From the NCBI GenBank assembly GCA_963693365.1, contig CAVNZM010000005.1, positions 1,922,001 to 1,986,000 of the forward strand: DNA of 64,000 nucleotides. The letters are read 5' to 3'. Of this stretch, positions 1-20,200 are shown piece after piece. Below the pieces are notes generated by a model. The model was not told where the DNA came from, did no database searches, and was given only the letters and a program-made list of their open reading frames with translations. Source of the DNA: Amoebidium appalachense. Taxonomy: Eukaryota; Protista; Ichthyosporea. A program made the translations under genes and the position numbers. How positions within the stretch are numbered: the stretch's first letter is position 1; every line of letters begins with the position of its first letter.

Positions 1-398
1 AACACCACCTTACAGGCATCAGGGCAAATCCTTCTCTCATAATGCTTCACTATGTTCACTCCGATAAGCTTCGGTCCACCAAGTAGAAACCATCACTCTT
101 TTGCTTTCTCATCATTCTCAACCTGGCACCTATAACACCCCCCCCCCTCCCCCCCCCCCCTCCCCCCTCTCCTCCCATCCCCCCCCCCCCCCTCCCCCCC
201 CCCCCCCCCCCCCCCCATTTTCCAGCAGGCTTCCTCTGCTTATCCTTTTCACCCTCTCTGCTTGTATTCTCTGACCGTGTGTCTGTGTGAGGAATTTTGG
301 GTGGGTACTGGAACAGCAACCAAGGCAGGTGGACCAAATGTTTCTCTTCCGGTCTTTGTATACAGAAATAACATTTTTTCATTTGTGTGTGTGCGTGC

Positions 399-429
<31 letters not shown>

Positions 430-485
430 GGGGGGAGGGGGGGGAGGGGGAGGGGGAGGGGAAGGGATGAAATCGGCACACATAC

Positions 486-6326
<5,841 letters not shown>

Positions 6327-7241
6327 GTTGCTTATTTTGAACCGTGAGCACAGCACACCTTATACGATTCTTTAGCCTCACTTTTTCTCAGCTTTAACCC
6401 TTCAGCTTTATTCTTTTCGTGATACAAAGTCACACAACCAATAGCTAAGGGAAGTAATGCTACGGTATAATAGGTGACAGCAGTGACGTGACAGCAGGGC
6501 AAGTTTGGGCCCCTCGAGCTCGACTCCCGAGGTTTTCGAACGGATCCGGATCGATGCCCGTGCCGGCCGTGCCGGCCCGAACAACAACTCCGCTGTCGCA
6601 TTTCAAAGTTTTCAAGTTCGAGCTGCATTTTTTTTCTTTTTTGGCCCCCCCGGCTGTGCTGCATCACGAATCCACGTACAAGACCTAATAACTGATTCTT
6701 TGTGCTTGTCGCGCGTTTTTGCGGTTACGGCGTCCCCAAACAAGCCATAATAACTCTTGGCTTTGAGCTTTGATCCAATGGCATTATGATCATTGCTGCA
6801 CCCCGCGGGGCTCAATGGGAGGCCGCAGCCTCCGATATCGATGAGAAGACCTTTAGCGCCCACTGAGGGAGGGTGTGGCGGAAGGGAGTTAGGGGAGGAG
6901 GAGGGAGGGGGGGGGGGGGGAGGGGGAGGGGAGGGTTAACGTTATACGTTATATGGCACCTAGCATGCATCTCCTATTTTAATGTCACAGGCAAAGCAGC
7001 GTGCGGGACCACTTCTAGATATATATGCAGACAGGAACTGCGCTTCAGGAGCTCAGCACAGACAACAACAGCAACCTGATTAAGTAAAAGGTGTCCACCA
7101 ACGTTGGCTTAAGCTTGTGCTTCCTGTCCTGTAAATTATAAAATTGGTCCGGAATGCACACACAGTTCAAAGCGATCGTGCGCCCGCAGATGACGGAATC
7201 AACAGTCAAGCACCGTGGCACACACGCAAACGATGCATGTG

Positions 7242-7301
7242 AACATGCAGACCACAATGAGGTTAATGCAAGAACATGCAGACCACCATGAGGTTAATGC
7301 A
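7242..7301. repeat. About 31-bp tandem duplication (aacatgcagaccac-atgaggttaatgca x2)
   Basis: Two near-identical adjacent copies in the divergent intergenic region. Confidence 0.85.
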
Positions 7302-8928
7302 GGCTAAATAATAATATTGGAACCTGCGCTGTAACCGTTCGTGTTGCACCTTTATAAATCCACTGTTCCTGGCCTGTACGCGCGCGGCGCCCGTCACCGA
7401 TATCGATGCTATTATTATACATACTGCAGATGTTTTGGTTAACGTTATGGTTGGTTGCTCAAACATATATATCCATAATATATATCCAGGCTGCAGCTGC
7501 ACGTGAAACGGTAGATTGGTGCTACTAGGGCTACTACCTCAGTGGTTTCAAGTTTTTCAGAGCTGCCCGTAGTTGTTACAGGTTCCGTGACCAGAACGAA
7601 ACCAGAAAAGCTGACCAATATATATTCATTGAATATATTCCGTTGCAGGATCGCAAAATCACTTCTTGAGCCAACTTTAATAATATCAAAAAGTGAAAGC
7701 CAACACAGTGTAGCCAAATTTGGCTCTTTGGCCATGCATTCTACTTCGTTGCACTCCAATCACTGGCAACTCACTGAGCTGCATTCACTGGCAGCTCATC
7801 ACAAAATACACATGCATATATATGGCCTTGAGCGTGTACAACAAAACGCGATTGCATTTGCTGTACATTGTACACACTACAGGCTTCATGAATTCATTCG
7901 CATTTTTTGCTGTGACAAAAGACATCGTGTGCCTGCATGGAGAGTCGAAAGAGCACCTCTGGCACTCTTCCGACACCCGACGCTCACAGGCTCGGATGAT
8001 GGCTGAGCGGTTACACGGGCCGCACATGTCTGCAGACAGGCAGATCTCGAGGAATTCTGTCAGTGATCTCTCAATCTGTGTGCGCGAGTCACTGTGCCCG
8101 ACGGCGACAAGCAGTGTCCGTGCGAAGATACCAAAGGTCAAACGCAATCGCAGATGAATACTGCAGCCCAAGAAAAAGAACAATAAAGCAGAGTACCTCT
8201 ACGTATTATGCTTCCATTATTTATACTATATGTTAATAAATAGACCAGGCTCTTTTAGTTATTGTAATTTTTTGATATCCGTATGCTTATCAGCTTAGAT
8301 ATGCTGCGCTATCCACAAAGGTATCCACAATGGCATCTCAGGAATGATCCGCCCCCTCGCCAAAAGCAGCCTTGGATAAAACCGATAAACCTTCCCGAGC
8401 CGCCGAAACTACCACAGGCACTTCAACCAATCAAACCATTTTATCAACAAAATAGCAATACGTACCATTCCATAAAAGGTTATTGTTTCTATAGCGCAAT
8501 GGGATTCGCCAACAGTCTTCCATGCTAATGTGCCGTTCCCACTTTATCTCTATCAAGATGATCGTTCCCCTTCAGTTCGGAGTCGTGCACTGTGCCAGAC
8601 GGCACCGTGGTCTTTCTGTTTGCTTGTAACGATAGCCGTTTAGAACTTTTCTTCGCCTACTAGGCTCCCAGGTTTTGGTTGCCTTCCTTCCAATATGGGG
8701 ATGTGAAAACGAATTGATGTTTCAAAACTGATCCTTATGTTCTTACACCTTCGATTAACTCGCACACTACCAAACAGTAGCACATATGCATGCATATGGC
8801 GCAGTTGGTGTCCCTTGACCCTGAGAAACTCTCACAAGGTGGCCCTTGTCTAGATCTCTTATTGTACGTCCGCTTTTATGACTTCACCTACGGGAACACA
8901 CACACCAAAAGGCTGAGCTATATGTAAA

Positions 8929-10076
8929 ATGTCACCACGTCCAACCACACACGAAGACCGCCTAAGGCAGGTTGCTTTGGGTGGCAGTCTACCAGTTCGT
9001 TCACGAACAGGTTCTGGGTCAGCCATATACTTGAGACCTGCAGCGGAGGGAAGTCTGCAGATACACAGTTCGGATAATCTCAGTTTGGCGGCCACAAGAT
9101 CTGTGGATTCCATAGGTACGAGTAGCATGCATAGGTTAAAGGCGGTGAGTATGGGCGAATTGAACCCTGAAGGCAGGAGAACGCTTGAGCAGGTGAGTTT
9201 TGTGTGAACCCACTGATTGCTTGCACATGGAATCTGGTGGTTGGTGCTTTGTTGGGGTATTTTGAAAAGAGCACGCGTACGCTTTATAGAAACGGGCTTC
9301 TGTTCTTAAATCAAAAAATCGTGGCATTTTATGCTGTTATTTTGCTCTAAATCCATCGCTACAGGCGTTAGCTGCCGTGTTGCTCATCTCTTTACGGGGT
9401 CCTTGGGAAGACTATGCATGGCATCCCAACATGCCCAAGACTGTCTTTTTTCCCTGTGATTGAGACCAACATCGTTGATTTTATCATCTCCGGGCTTTCA
9501 TTTTGCCCCGTGCAGAGTGTGCTGTGCGTGAAGATCTTGCAATTGTGTAGGTGTTGGTGCTTTCTGTGGCGCACAAATACCAAGGCCCGGGCGCAGAAGG
9601 ATCTCTAGACAAAATAGATAAAGATTCTGTTGTATGCACCTCGACTTGGTTTAGCTCGTGTGCCTTTTCAGAGAAACTAAACTGTGTCATAGAAATCGTT
9701 AACTTACTCAGGCTGGCTTCTGAAGTTGATATGGATGCTCACGGCTGTTGTCTAGATCTGGAGTCAAAGATGGTGCTCCCTCTCCCTGTATGTACTGTTT
9801 TCTCTATTCCCATTCCGAACTTGTTGTGAATCCAGACAGCAACATCGTGTGCTAAATGAATTGGTCAGGCCGTTGTTGCTTTGCTTGTGTCGACTTATGG
9901 TAGGTTAGTGGGTTGCAAGAGGTGGAAGGGGAGTGGGGAGGGAGGGGACGGGGAGGGATTACTATCGAAACGTATGAGACCGATAGTGTGCGTGTTGGGA
10001 AACTGTTTTCCCCTGCAGTTTGCATTTCTAACGTCCCCCGCCAGCCTCCCCCTGCCCGCATCTACGAGCACACACG

Positions 10077-10114
<38 letters not shown>

Positions 10115-10966
10115 ACGAACACGCACACGCACACGAACACGAACACCGCAGCTTTTCCAGCAAAGCAGCTCAACGGCTAAGCTCTCCACGGTCGGTTCCA
10201 TTGGGCGGTCGGCAGGAACAAGCATATCCACACCGTGTGTTGCTGCTGCTGGCAGTCAGGCAACCGTGACTACCGGCAAGCAGGTGGGTGCCATCAAACA
10301 CTACACTGTGTACTACTAGGCTTGGTATTAGAGAGTGCTTGGTTTTGTGGTGTGGTGGGTGATGGATGCATGGCAACACGTGCCCGTGCACACATACATA
10401 CACACCTGGTAACGGATTGGTGTATTTGGGTGCAGTGGACGCATCACGCAGTGCCTGATGCTTTTCACTAAAATTCTTAAGCAATGACAATCCGAAGGTG
10501 CCGTTTTCAACAGTGAAATGCACTCTTGTATCCATGCACCAAACAAATTTAGGCAGCAAAATTCGCCCTGAAAAACCTGCTTGATGTTCGTGGCTTTTCC
10601 ATGTGTTGACGCAACAGGCATCATCCACCCACATCTGCAGCCATTGCACCAACAGACATGACTCCCTCCAATCAACACCATTCTCACTCACCGTTCACCC
10701 ATGGACGTGCTTGCGGACATGAACATGCCATACGTGAGCACATGTCATGCCCGTGTGCGGGTCGTGCACACACATACACATTTCACGTGTGGTCATCTGG
10801 ATTATCGTTTGTGCCTGAAGGTCCCTGGCACGTCGGCACAAGCACACACAGACACAAGACACATGCACACGCACACTCGCACACACATTCACACGCACAC
10901 AAAAACACGCACACACACACACGCACACATGCCCACACGCAGTTAGTCACACAAAATCACACACAG

Positions 10967-11018
<52 letters not shown>

Positions 11019-14000
11019 CTTTGCGAGACGCACCATGGCCGGTTTGCACATGCATCGATACTTAGATACATTTGCACACATGAATGTTTCGATAGTCAGT
11101 CGTTGGTTTTTTTTTGTTTTTTTTTTTGGGGGGGGGGGGCTGTGCAGTTGTCTGAACTTTGTGTTTTCTTTCTGCCTGCCTAAGTGAGGCTGAGCTTTAA
11201 ACCCTCCCTTTCCCCCCCCCCCCCCCCCCCCCCCCCTTATTCCCCCCCCCTCCCCCTTCCTCCCTCTCCCTCTCTACCCCCCCCCACCCCCCACCCCTTG
11301 CACGCACACAAATTAACACGATATACACATACAAAACAAACACATTAACACACACACACACATTATCTCTCTCGTCTCCCTCCCCCCCCCCCCCCCCCCC
11401 CCCACCCACCCCTCACTTTCTCTTCATTCCTCCCTCCCTCCCCTCCCCCCCCGCCCCCCGCTCTCTCACACCCAACCATTTCCTCCGCACTCTCACAGAT
11501 TGGCGACTATGTCCTTGGTGAGACCCTCGGCAAGGGGCGCTACTCTGTAGTCAAGCTTGCACGGCACAGCATCACGGGGGAAAACGTAGCCATCAAGGTG
11601 GTGGCCAAGGCCAGGCTGTCCAAGGAGGACACACGTGTGCTGCAGCGGGAGATGCAGATCATGAAGTTGCTGGACCACCCAAACATAGTGCGCCTGTACG
11701 AGGTCATAGACACACCGGACCACTTCTACTTGGTGCTGGAGTATGTTAACGGTACAACACTGACGGATGAGCTGCCAAAGTTTGCAAAGTACGTGCTGGA
11801 AAGCATATAATGTGGCATGGTTTTAGAGTTAAATGCTAACGCGAAAGATGGGTGTAAACGATGGATGGACCTAGGAGTGGGTAGTTGTAGGAGGAGGTGA
11901 GAGGCACAAGCAGGGCCTGTATGGTTTGGCAAATGCACACACACAGACACCCTCAGACGGAAGGTGTGCACTTGGTTTGTTTGTGCTCATCTGGGCTTAA
12001 TGTTGCCTGTGCCTAACACTACTACCACTACCCTACTACTACTACTACTACTACTACTACCCCCAATACTTCAACCGCCTCCTCCTTCCCTTGCACCTCA
12101 TCCCCCAAGCCACCACACAAACACACACACACACATACACACACCAAACAAAAAGAGACACAAATACGGTGCACGAACACACACATGCGTACACAACCAT
12201 TCCAAGCCAGACTACCACGCCCGTCACGTATAACAACATTCCAGTGCCCCTCACCATGTCACAAAATCTCACACCCACGCTTACCAGGTGCTTATACTAA
12301 CCTTCCCCCTTCCTCCCCCCCCCCCCCCCCTCCCCCCATCTCATCCCCCACCTCAGCCCCCATCCACCCACCTGCCCAGCCACTCAGCCACACTCCTACA
12401 CTTACCTCACCATGCACAAAGCACGCACACGCACACACCCACCCTCACATGCACACCGCCACACATCTTCACACACGCTCACACACACGCAGGATGAAGC
12501 GCAAGAAGCGCGAAGACCTCATGCGGGGCATCATGGGGCAGCTGGCCTCAGCCCTAGCCTACTGCCATGCATCCCACGTGGTGCACAGAGACATCAAACC
12601 CGACAACGTCATGCTGGACGGGTCGGGCCGGGTCAAGCTTGCCGACTGGGGGTTCAGCAACATGGCCACGGAGCTCCTCAACACGCACTGTGGCACCCCC
12701 TACTATGCTTCCCCTGAACTGTTCAGGCCCCAACCATACCGTGGCCCACCGTCTGACGTGTGGGCAATGGGTGTGCTGCTGTACCTCTGGTGGGTGTCCA
12801 ATCCTCCCTCCCCCTCTCCTCCCCCTTCCCCCCCCCCCCTTCCCAACGCGCAAACACGTGCGCACATACGCACACACGGGCATACATACACAGATGCACA
12901 CAAACGCACACATATGCACACGCAAACATATGCACACATACACACACACACATGCACACACATGCACACACACATATGCATGCGCATACACATTATGCAC
13001 ACGCACACATATCCACCCACCCACCCACACTCACTCACTCACACACACACATGCATACATGTGCGCACACACATAACACACACGCTCATGCACACACGGA
13101 CACGTACACACGCATCAAACTTGCTCTACCTCCCTGACTCGTGTGCCTTGCCTGTTACTGGATGCTGACATCCACAAAATGCCCTTTTTGTTTTTTGAAG
13201 GGACTTCCCCGGCCCCTTTACCCTTCGATTCTGAAAATGCTTAGTCGTGCATCCTCCCCCTCCCCCGCCCCCCTTACAATTATACAGACACAAGGTGTCT
13301 CACGTTCTCGAATCGGGTTTTTGGGCTATTCTCTTCACCCGTCTTAGTACACAGAGCTCTCTAGCGCAAAATGTCTGCTTTTTCCGTGTGCCTGCTCTTA
13401 ACCAAAATCTTTTGGTTTCTCTCTAAGACTTCTCCCTCCCCTCCCCTGCCCTTCGCCCCCACCCCCACCCCCCCCCTCTCCCCCCCCCCCCCCCCCCCAA
13501 CACACACACACACACACACACACACAGTGTCACGAACAAGCTCCCGTTCCGCAACGAGCCTATCCGGGAACAGATCAGCCGTGGCGAGTATTCCACACCA
13601 AGCAGCCTCAGCAGCGACCTGCAGCAATTAATCCGCCGCATGCTCACTGTGAGCCCGTCAAGACGTATTACCGCAGAGGAAATCCTCGTGCATCCCTACA
13701 TCACGGTGGGAGAAAGGGTCCCCCAAGGCTGGTACCCCACACGATCAGACTCTGTCACGGCCAAGTTGGCACACATTACATCCCCTCTGGTGTTGGAGGG
13801 GGGAAGTACAGGTGGGAGGTCCTCGTGGGAGGGTGTTATCAAACGGGTGCCTATTGTGCGCAGGCACACGTTTGGGAGCGTGCAGGATTTGAAACGGAGA
13901 GATCGCACCATGGAGAAGGTGAGGGAGGAAGGGGAGGACGAATCGGGGCCAAAAACGAGGGATGGAAATGTCACAAAGCCAGGATCGAGGTCGAGTACAG

Positions 14001-15639
14001 AGCTGCAGACAAAAACGAGGGAGAATGGAAGGAGGGCCTCATGGGTGGTGAGGGACGGAGGATCGGCCATTGTGGACGATGATGGAAACGAGGGAAAGGA
14101 TGAGAAGGATGGGAAGGAGACAAAAGAAGGTGACAGTAACGAGGGTGAGGGTGGCAGCAAGACGGAGGTGCGGCAGGACATCGTCACACTGATGGTGTAT
14201 TTGGGGTTCACCGTTGAGGAAGTCTGCCAGTCCCTGCAGTCAAACTCATACGACCAGGTGTGTGTGAGAGAATAGCATCCTATCAATAACATCACCCCCC
14301 CCCCCCCCCCTCCCCCCCCCCCCCTCCCCCCCCCCCCCCCCCAAAAAAAAAAAAGAAAAAGAAAAAGAAAAAGAAACACACAATTTTGCGCACGCGCGCA
14401 TACGCGCGCACGCACCACCGCCACCATGTTGTGCTTGAGTCAAATCTACATTTTGTTTTCCGCCGTGAATGTGTGCTCTGTGCTCTGTGCTCTGTAGCTC
14501 ACTCCCCCTCCCCTCCCCACCCCCCTACCCCCCCACCAACCCACGCACCCACCCACCCAGTCCATCTTTCTCTTCCCTCCACGCTGTGGGATGCTGCTCG
14601 AGGCTGTCCCTCACATACTCCCATCAATGATTTCTGTTCTGTTTGCTTCACGTTATGTTGCTTGCATGGAGACGGGTTTGGGGAAGAGGGCACATGTTGT
14701 GTTTTCGTGTGGTGGTGGTGGGGAGGGGGGGGGAGGGGAGGGGGGAAGGGGGTGGGATGGGGGGGGGGGGGAAGGGGGGGGGGGGGAGGGGAGGGAGGGG
14801 GGGGGGTTTGAGAAGAGATGCATTCGATAAATGATATGGGCTACATGGTCTGCGTTATAGGGTGGGGAGAGAAATGACCCCCCCCCCGGGGGGGGAGGGG
14901 GGGGGGTATTATTGCACTACACTGCTTGGTTCTGCATCCCCCCACTGACGACATATCTGCCTCCTAGGTCACGGCCACCTACTTCCTGCTTCGAGACAGT
15001 CCCAACCTGCAGCAGTACAAGGCCCAGCTGACCTCCGTGTGTGCTTCAAACGGCCACGCTACCCCGCCCTTCTCTCCCCCCGCCACCCACGAGCCAACAA
15101 CCCCCACCCCTCCTGCCTCGGCAAAAACCCTCACCACCTCCGTGCATCACTTATGGACCGAGCCCACGTCCTTGCGCCAGATTCTTCTTGGCAGGCGCCG
15201 CTCATCCAGCTCGTCAAGAACCCCCCCGTCGCTAAATTCACCTGCACAAGTAGTTTCCCCGCCACTTCTGCATGCGCAGACACCGACACAGCAGGCTTCA
15301 CGGCAGCCGTCTGTGGATTCAGGTGGGGAAAGGTCTACGGACGGAAAAAGCGACACGGGGTCTGCCATGGCCAAGTTCCTACGGCCAAGAGCCGGAAGTG
15401 GGCCTGTACAGGGGGGCACATCGCGCGTAATCAATTTTCTGTTCAACTCGATTGGTTTTCAGTCTAAGACCCGCACAAGGCGTGAGACGGTAGGGGCTGG
15501 TGATGTGGGCCACAGCAAGGCCGCGGGGGTGGTGGTTGGGCCTGGGATGCCTCCGCCCAATCATTTGTCTCCATTGGGACGCAACGACCAACAAAATCAC
15601 ATGGTGCAGCTTGAAGCCACTGCTGCCGGAAGCAACTAG
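8929..15639 (+). CDS. AMPK-related Ser/Thr kinase (MARK/SIK-like, CAMKL group) with UBA domain, 5 exons
   Basis: Exons 8929-9192, 11499-11788 (IGDYVLGETLGKGRYSVVKLA..VAIK..HPNIVRLYEV), 12493-12789 (HRDIKPDN, ADWG, LLNTHCGTPYYASPE, DVWAMGVLLY), 13528-14257 (KLPF..LIRRMLTVSPSRRITAEEILVHPY; UBA start), 14968-15639 (VTATYFLL..stop). All junctions are GT-AG and phase-compatible. Exon 1 is the least certain. Confidence 0.92.
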
Positions 15640-15968
15640 AACACAGGCCGGGGCCAGTGCAAGCCCGGTGGGTTTTTGTTATTTTGATTTTTTCGCACGA
15701 TATAACCATTTCTCCCTGTGAGTTTTTATTATTATTTAACTTTAACGCTCCAATCATGTTGCCGATTTTTATTACTCAGTGGGCCAACATACATAGAATG
15801 TTGGGGAGTATGCTTAGCCCCAGCTAGTAACGAATAGTGCCGGCGCAATGCGCTTGATAGTTTTTAATACCAGCGACTGGTGGGCTTTTCACGTAGTATT
15901 GTTATCGGAGATGCTTGGTTGCCTCGTATGAGCGCCGCAACAAATTTGCATGGTTTATTTATTACTGG

Positions 15969-16007
<39 letters not shown>

Positions 16008-17693
16008 GGGGGGAGGGGGGGGGGGGGAGGGGGCTTAGAACGTGTTTATTGGGCTGGTCGTTTCCATGCATGAAACGGGGCTCTATATAAGCGGCAGTAC
16101 AAGCGACAAAGTTTTGCTATGCAACTGGTGATTGAGACTGCAATTACCGTAGCTGAACACTACCTACTATTCTATATAGTAGCAGTGTATAATATATTCA
16201 TAGTTACTGTAGTAGGAACGACTTAAAAAACGTTTTCCAGTACACAAATACTGTGCTGCCCTGTGTTACGTGGCAGGCGTGTTGTTGGGTTGCCGAGCAT
16301 TTCACAGCTGTATGTGCAAGGTGATTTTAAGCCTAAAAGGGAATGCGGACATTAACTATTACGTGTGTATTCTTGTAAACATTTTTTGTAAATGCTGTCA
16401 CGGCAGTTTTAGCTCGTACCAATGCTGCTCTTGTAGAGCCAGCAAAGACCAAATGTGCTGAACATGCATGGCACAGGAATCAACAGTACAAAAGCACTAG
16501 GACTGTAGCCTAGTGCTGGAATAACGAAGGTGCTGTTCCTGATGTGTTTGATGTGTTGCTTCAGTGTACACTGACCCCTCCCCCCGGCTGAAACATGTGC
16601 TGAAGCAGCACGAGTCACCTGTATTTGCTAACATGCATACTAATATGGCCTCTGTACTCGCCATATGGTTGTTTGATTGCTGGGCTTCAATATTTTGTGG
16701 AGGCCAAATACATGCATGTGTGTGCACATCTGCCATACGAGGCTAATCAAACGACAAATCCTATTGGCTGCGGGGCTGCGATGCACAATATGCTACGCCC
16801 CGTTTGCCAAGAATATGCGGTTGGTCCTTGCATGTAATGATTACAGCAGGCGGAGTTGCGGCGGGATGCATTAGCATGGTATGGTCAAAGATGGTATGAA
16901 AAATATCAGGCTCATGGTTTTGCTGATATTTGGCCAATCAAAATGACTGCTTTATATCAACACGGACACTTAAAAGTCAAAAATGATGGCATATGGGATC
17001 AAAAAAGAGCATGGAGACATAGGTATGAGGGAGTGAATTTAAGTGAATGTGCGTGTGTATAAATGCATTTGTGAATGGTTTAGGGAAGGACCTGCGGCGT
17101 AATTCAGGTGTGTTGGAGGGTGAGGGTGGGAATGGGGGAGGGCGGGGGGTGGGGAGGGGGGTGGGGGGAGGGGGGGAGGAGGGGGAGGAGGGAGAGGTGG
17201 TCTACGAAACGTGTGTTTACATGCCCATAATTCGTAAGAGGGGAAGGGTTCTGCTTTCTGAAAGGCTGGGAATTTAAAGGGCCCCTGGGGGAAGGGGGGG
17301 ATAAGGGAAGGGGAGAAGGCGGAGGAAAGCTGGGAACAGCTTGGGGGTGTTGGCTGAACTTGGTGGGGTGAGGGGAGGATATTAGGACGGGAGTGGTAGA
17401 GATGGAAGGGAAGAGGCTAAAGAGGAATGGGTGGAGAGGGTAAAGAGGGTACTCGATAGTGCCTGTGGTATGTCGTATGCAGTGTATAGTCTTGTCTGGT
17501 CAGCCAAAAATAGGCATTCAGGGGTTGTTGTTGATGGATCGGTTCTAGGGTGAACACAATGCGCAAGTTCACCCTAGAGCCCAGACGGACATCGATATTT
17601 GGTAATCGGGATAGCCGACTTCGATGTTGCCGTGATACTCGTGGTTTTGAATAGTTTGTATGTGTGCACCATCTTGCTCTTTTTCTACCTTTT

Positions 17694-17751
<58 letters not shown>

Positions 17752-17800
17752 GAGGTAGGGAGGAGGGGAAGGGGAGGGAGGAAGAGGGAGGGAGGGCATA

Positions 17801-17951
17801 TAAGGGTGCGTGTGCGTGGTGGAGGTGATGGTGGCTGGAAGCTGTGGCTGGAAGCTGTGGCTGGAAGCTGTGGCTGGAAGCTGTGGCTGGGGGAGGGGAA
17901 GAGGTGGGGAGGAGGAGGGGAGGGGAGTGGCCCGGGGCGGGGACGGCCGGC

Positions 17952-17984
<33 letters not shown>

Positions 17985-18309
17985 CTTTGGAGAAGTGAGA
18001 GCGAAAAAGTACTGATAATGAGAGCAAAGAGAGAATCTGTTGGCCAAATTGTGTTTATTCTACGATTGAGGGGAGGGAGGCGGGGGGGGGGGGGGGGGGG
18101 GGGGGGGAGGAGGGGGGGATTTAAGGGTGCGTGTGTGTGACCCAGTGGTGGAGGTGGTGGCTACGTTAACGTTGGAAGCTGTGGCTGGGGAAGGGGAAAG
18201 ATAGGGGAGCATCTGAGATAGGAGGGAAGGAGAGGCGAAGGGTGGGGGGGGTGGGGAAGTGAGGACAAAAAAGTAATGATAAGGAGAGCAAAGAGAGAAT
18301 CTGATGGCC
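17801..18309. repeat. Diverged tandem duplication (17801-18045 vs 18122-18309) with an internal 13-bp minisatellite (ggctggaagctgt x4, about 17833-17889)
   Basis: Shared blocks taagggtgcgtgtg, ggaagctgtggctgggga and gagagcaaagagagaatctg occur in both halves. Confidence 0.8.
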
Positions 18310-18655
18310 TTGCTTGGTTGCTTGGGTGCTTGGGTGCTTGATGCTTGGCTGATTGCGAAGTTTTGCTTATTCGTGCGTGTGTGTGTGTGTGCGCGCGCGC
18401 GCGTGCGCGTGTGGCGAGGGATGGGGAACAGGGGCCTGGGGAAAGTTTTACACATACGGGAAAGGGCTTAGTAACTTTGCCTAATTCTTAGTCTTAGTCA
18501 CTTCATTTCCAAATATCCACCAGCCTCCGCCAATATTCTCGGCATTGAAGCAGGCCTGCCACAGTATTGATGAACCGGAGGGAAATAAATTGCAGCTTGA
18601 AAATGCTGTATTTAGGCGGAGGTGCGTGGTAGATGTACACAACCCCCCTCCCCCC

Positions 18656-18707
<52 letters not shown>

Positions 18708-19675
18708 TTTCAAAGAAAGAAAGAAAAAAGAAAAGGTACAAAAGACCACGCAAAGGAGATTATAAGAAATCACGCTGCCCTAATGATGGTAATTCGATAT
18801 CATTTTCATATGAACTATAGTTAGATCGGGGCATCAGGCCCCTGGGCGTCTCAGAACGGATGGCATACACAGTGCAACTGCCATAAACGGACAAAACGAC
18901 ATAGTCACTTAGATACAATAATAGTCACAAATTTTCAAGGGAAGTAGCAAATAGTATTGCACCATCGAATCCAGTGATCATTACAACTTGAAAAAGAACA
19001 TAACGAAAGCAGGAAATAACCTCGCTACCAGCACCACAGAGACTTTGCCGACATTTAACTTACGGTGGATCCCTCCTGTCCCATTGATAAACTGTCTATG
19101 CCAAAGGGACACACATGTTCATAGACGGAGTCTATTCTCCCAGGTGCACGGAGCACCACGTTTCAAACTGTCTCGTTCACGCTTTGCCACCTGATGAAAT
19201 TTGAAGGTTACATGTATAGTCAGTTTGGGGATGGTAACCGTTACCGTTGCTCAGCTGCAGTGACACATTTGATGATGCGGAGTAGCCGTGGGGCCTCCCC
19301 TCTCCCGCCCTGGTGAACGATGCGGGCCACTTATGGGGCACACTTGGGTGCTTGGTTTGACGGTGACTTTGATAATATATATGCAACTTGCATTCGGATA
19401 TGCATATGCGGATCTGGTACAGTGCTACTGTCGACATGTCCCAGTAAATTATTCACTGTCTAATAATAGTAGCTACCATTAGTTGCCTGTACCGGCTTTA
19501 ATAATCGAGGAGGACATCCAAGCTAAAACAGTTATTTTGTAAAAACAAATATTGCGTATACTCCCTCCCTACCTATCACACACACACACACACACACATA
19601 TTCTCTCCCTTTCTCTCTTTCTCTCGAGCTCTCCCCCCTGCCCCCCCTCCCTCCCTCCCTCCCCCTCCCCCTCGT

Positions 19676-19683
<8 letters not shown>

Positions 19684-19740
<57 letters not shown>

Positions 19741-19805
19741 GCGCGCTCTCTCTCTCACTCATTGTCTCTCTGTCTCCCTCTCTCTCTCTCTCTCTCCCCT
19801 TCTCT

Positions 19806-19895
<90 letters not shown>

Positions 19896-20104
19896 ACTCT
19901 CTCTTCTCTCTCTCTCCCTGCTCTCTCTCTCTCTCTCTCTCCCCCCCCCCCCCCCCTGCTCTCTCTCTCTTTCCCCTGCTCTCTCTCTCTCTCTCTCTCT
20001 CTCTCCGGTTTCTCTCTTTCTCTCCGGTCTCTCTCTCTCTCTCCCTCTCTCTCTCTCGCTTTCTCTCTCTCTCTCTCACCTCCCCCTCCGCCCCGCCTCC
20101 GAGC

Positions 20105-20136
<32 letters not shown>

Positions 20137-20200
20137 CCTCCCCCCCCTCCCTCCCTCCCTCCCCCCCCCCCTCTCTCTCTCTCCCTCTCTCTCTCTCTCC
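19684..20200. repeat. Long (CT)n polypyrimidine tract; a (GA)n counterpart lies at about 31413-31757
   Basis: Direct observation; source of the SLSL/RERE ORFs. Confidence 0.97.

Noticed and set aside
56-360. Candidate final exons of the glycosylase
   Set aside because: No frame gives the expected C-terminal AlkA motif, so no assignment was made.
7542-8183. Overlapping 130-150 aa ORFs on both strands
   Set aside because: No recognisable domain, splice pattern or strand preference.
9484-9829. Possible nested antisense gene in kinase intron 1
   Set aside because: Frames are interrupted by stops and show no motif.
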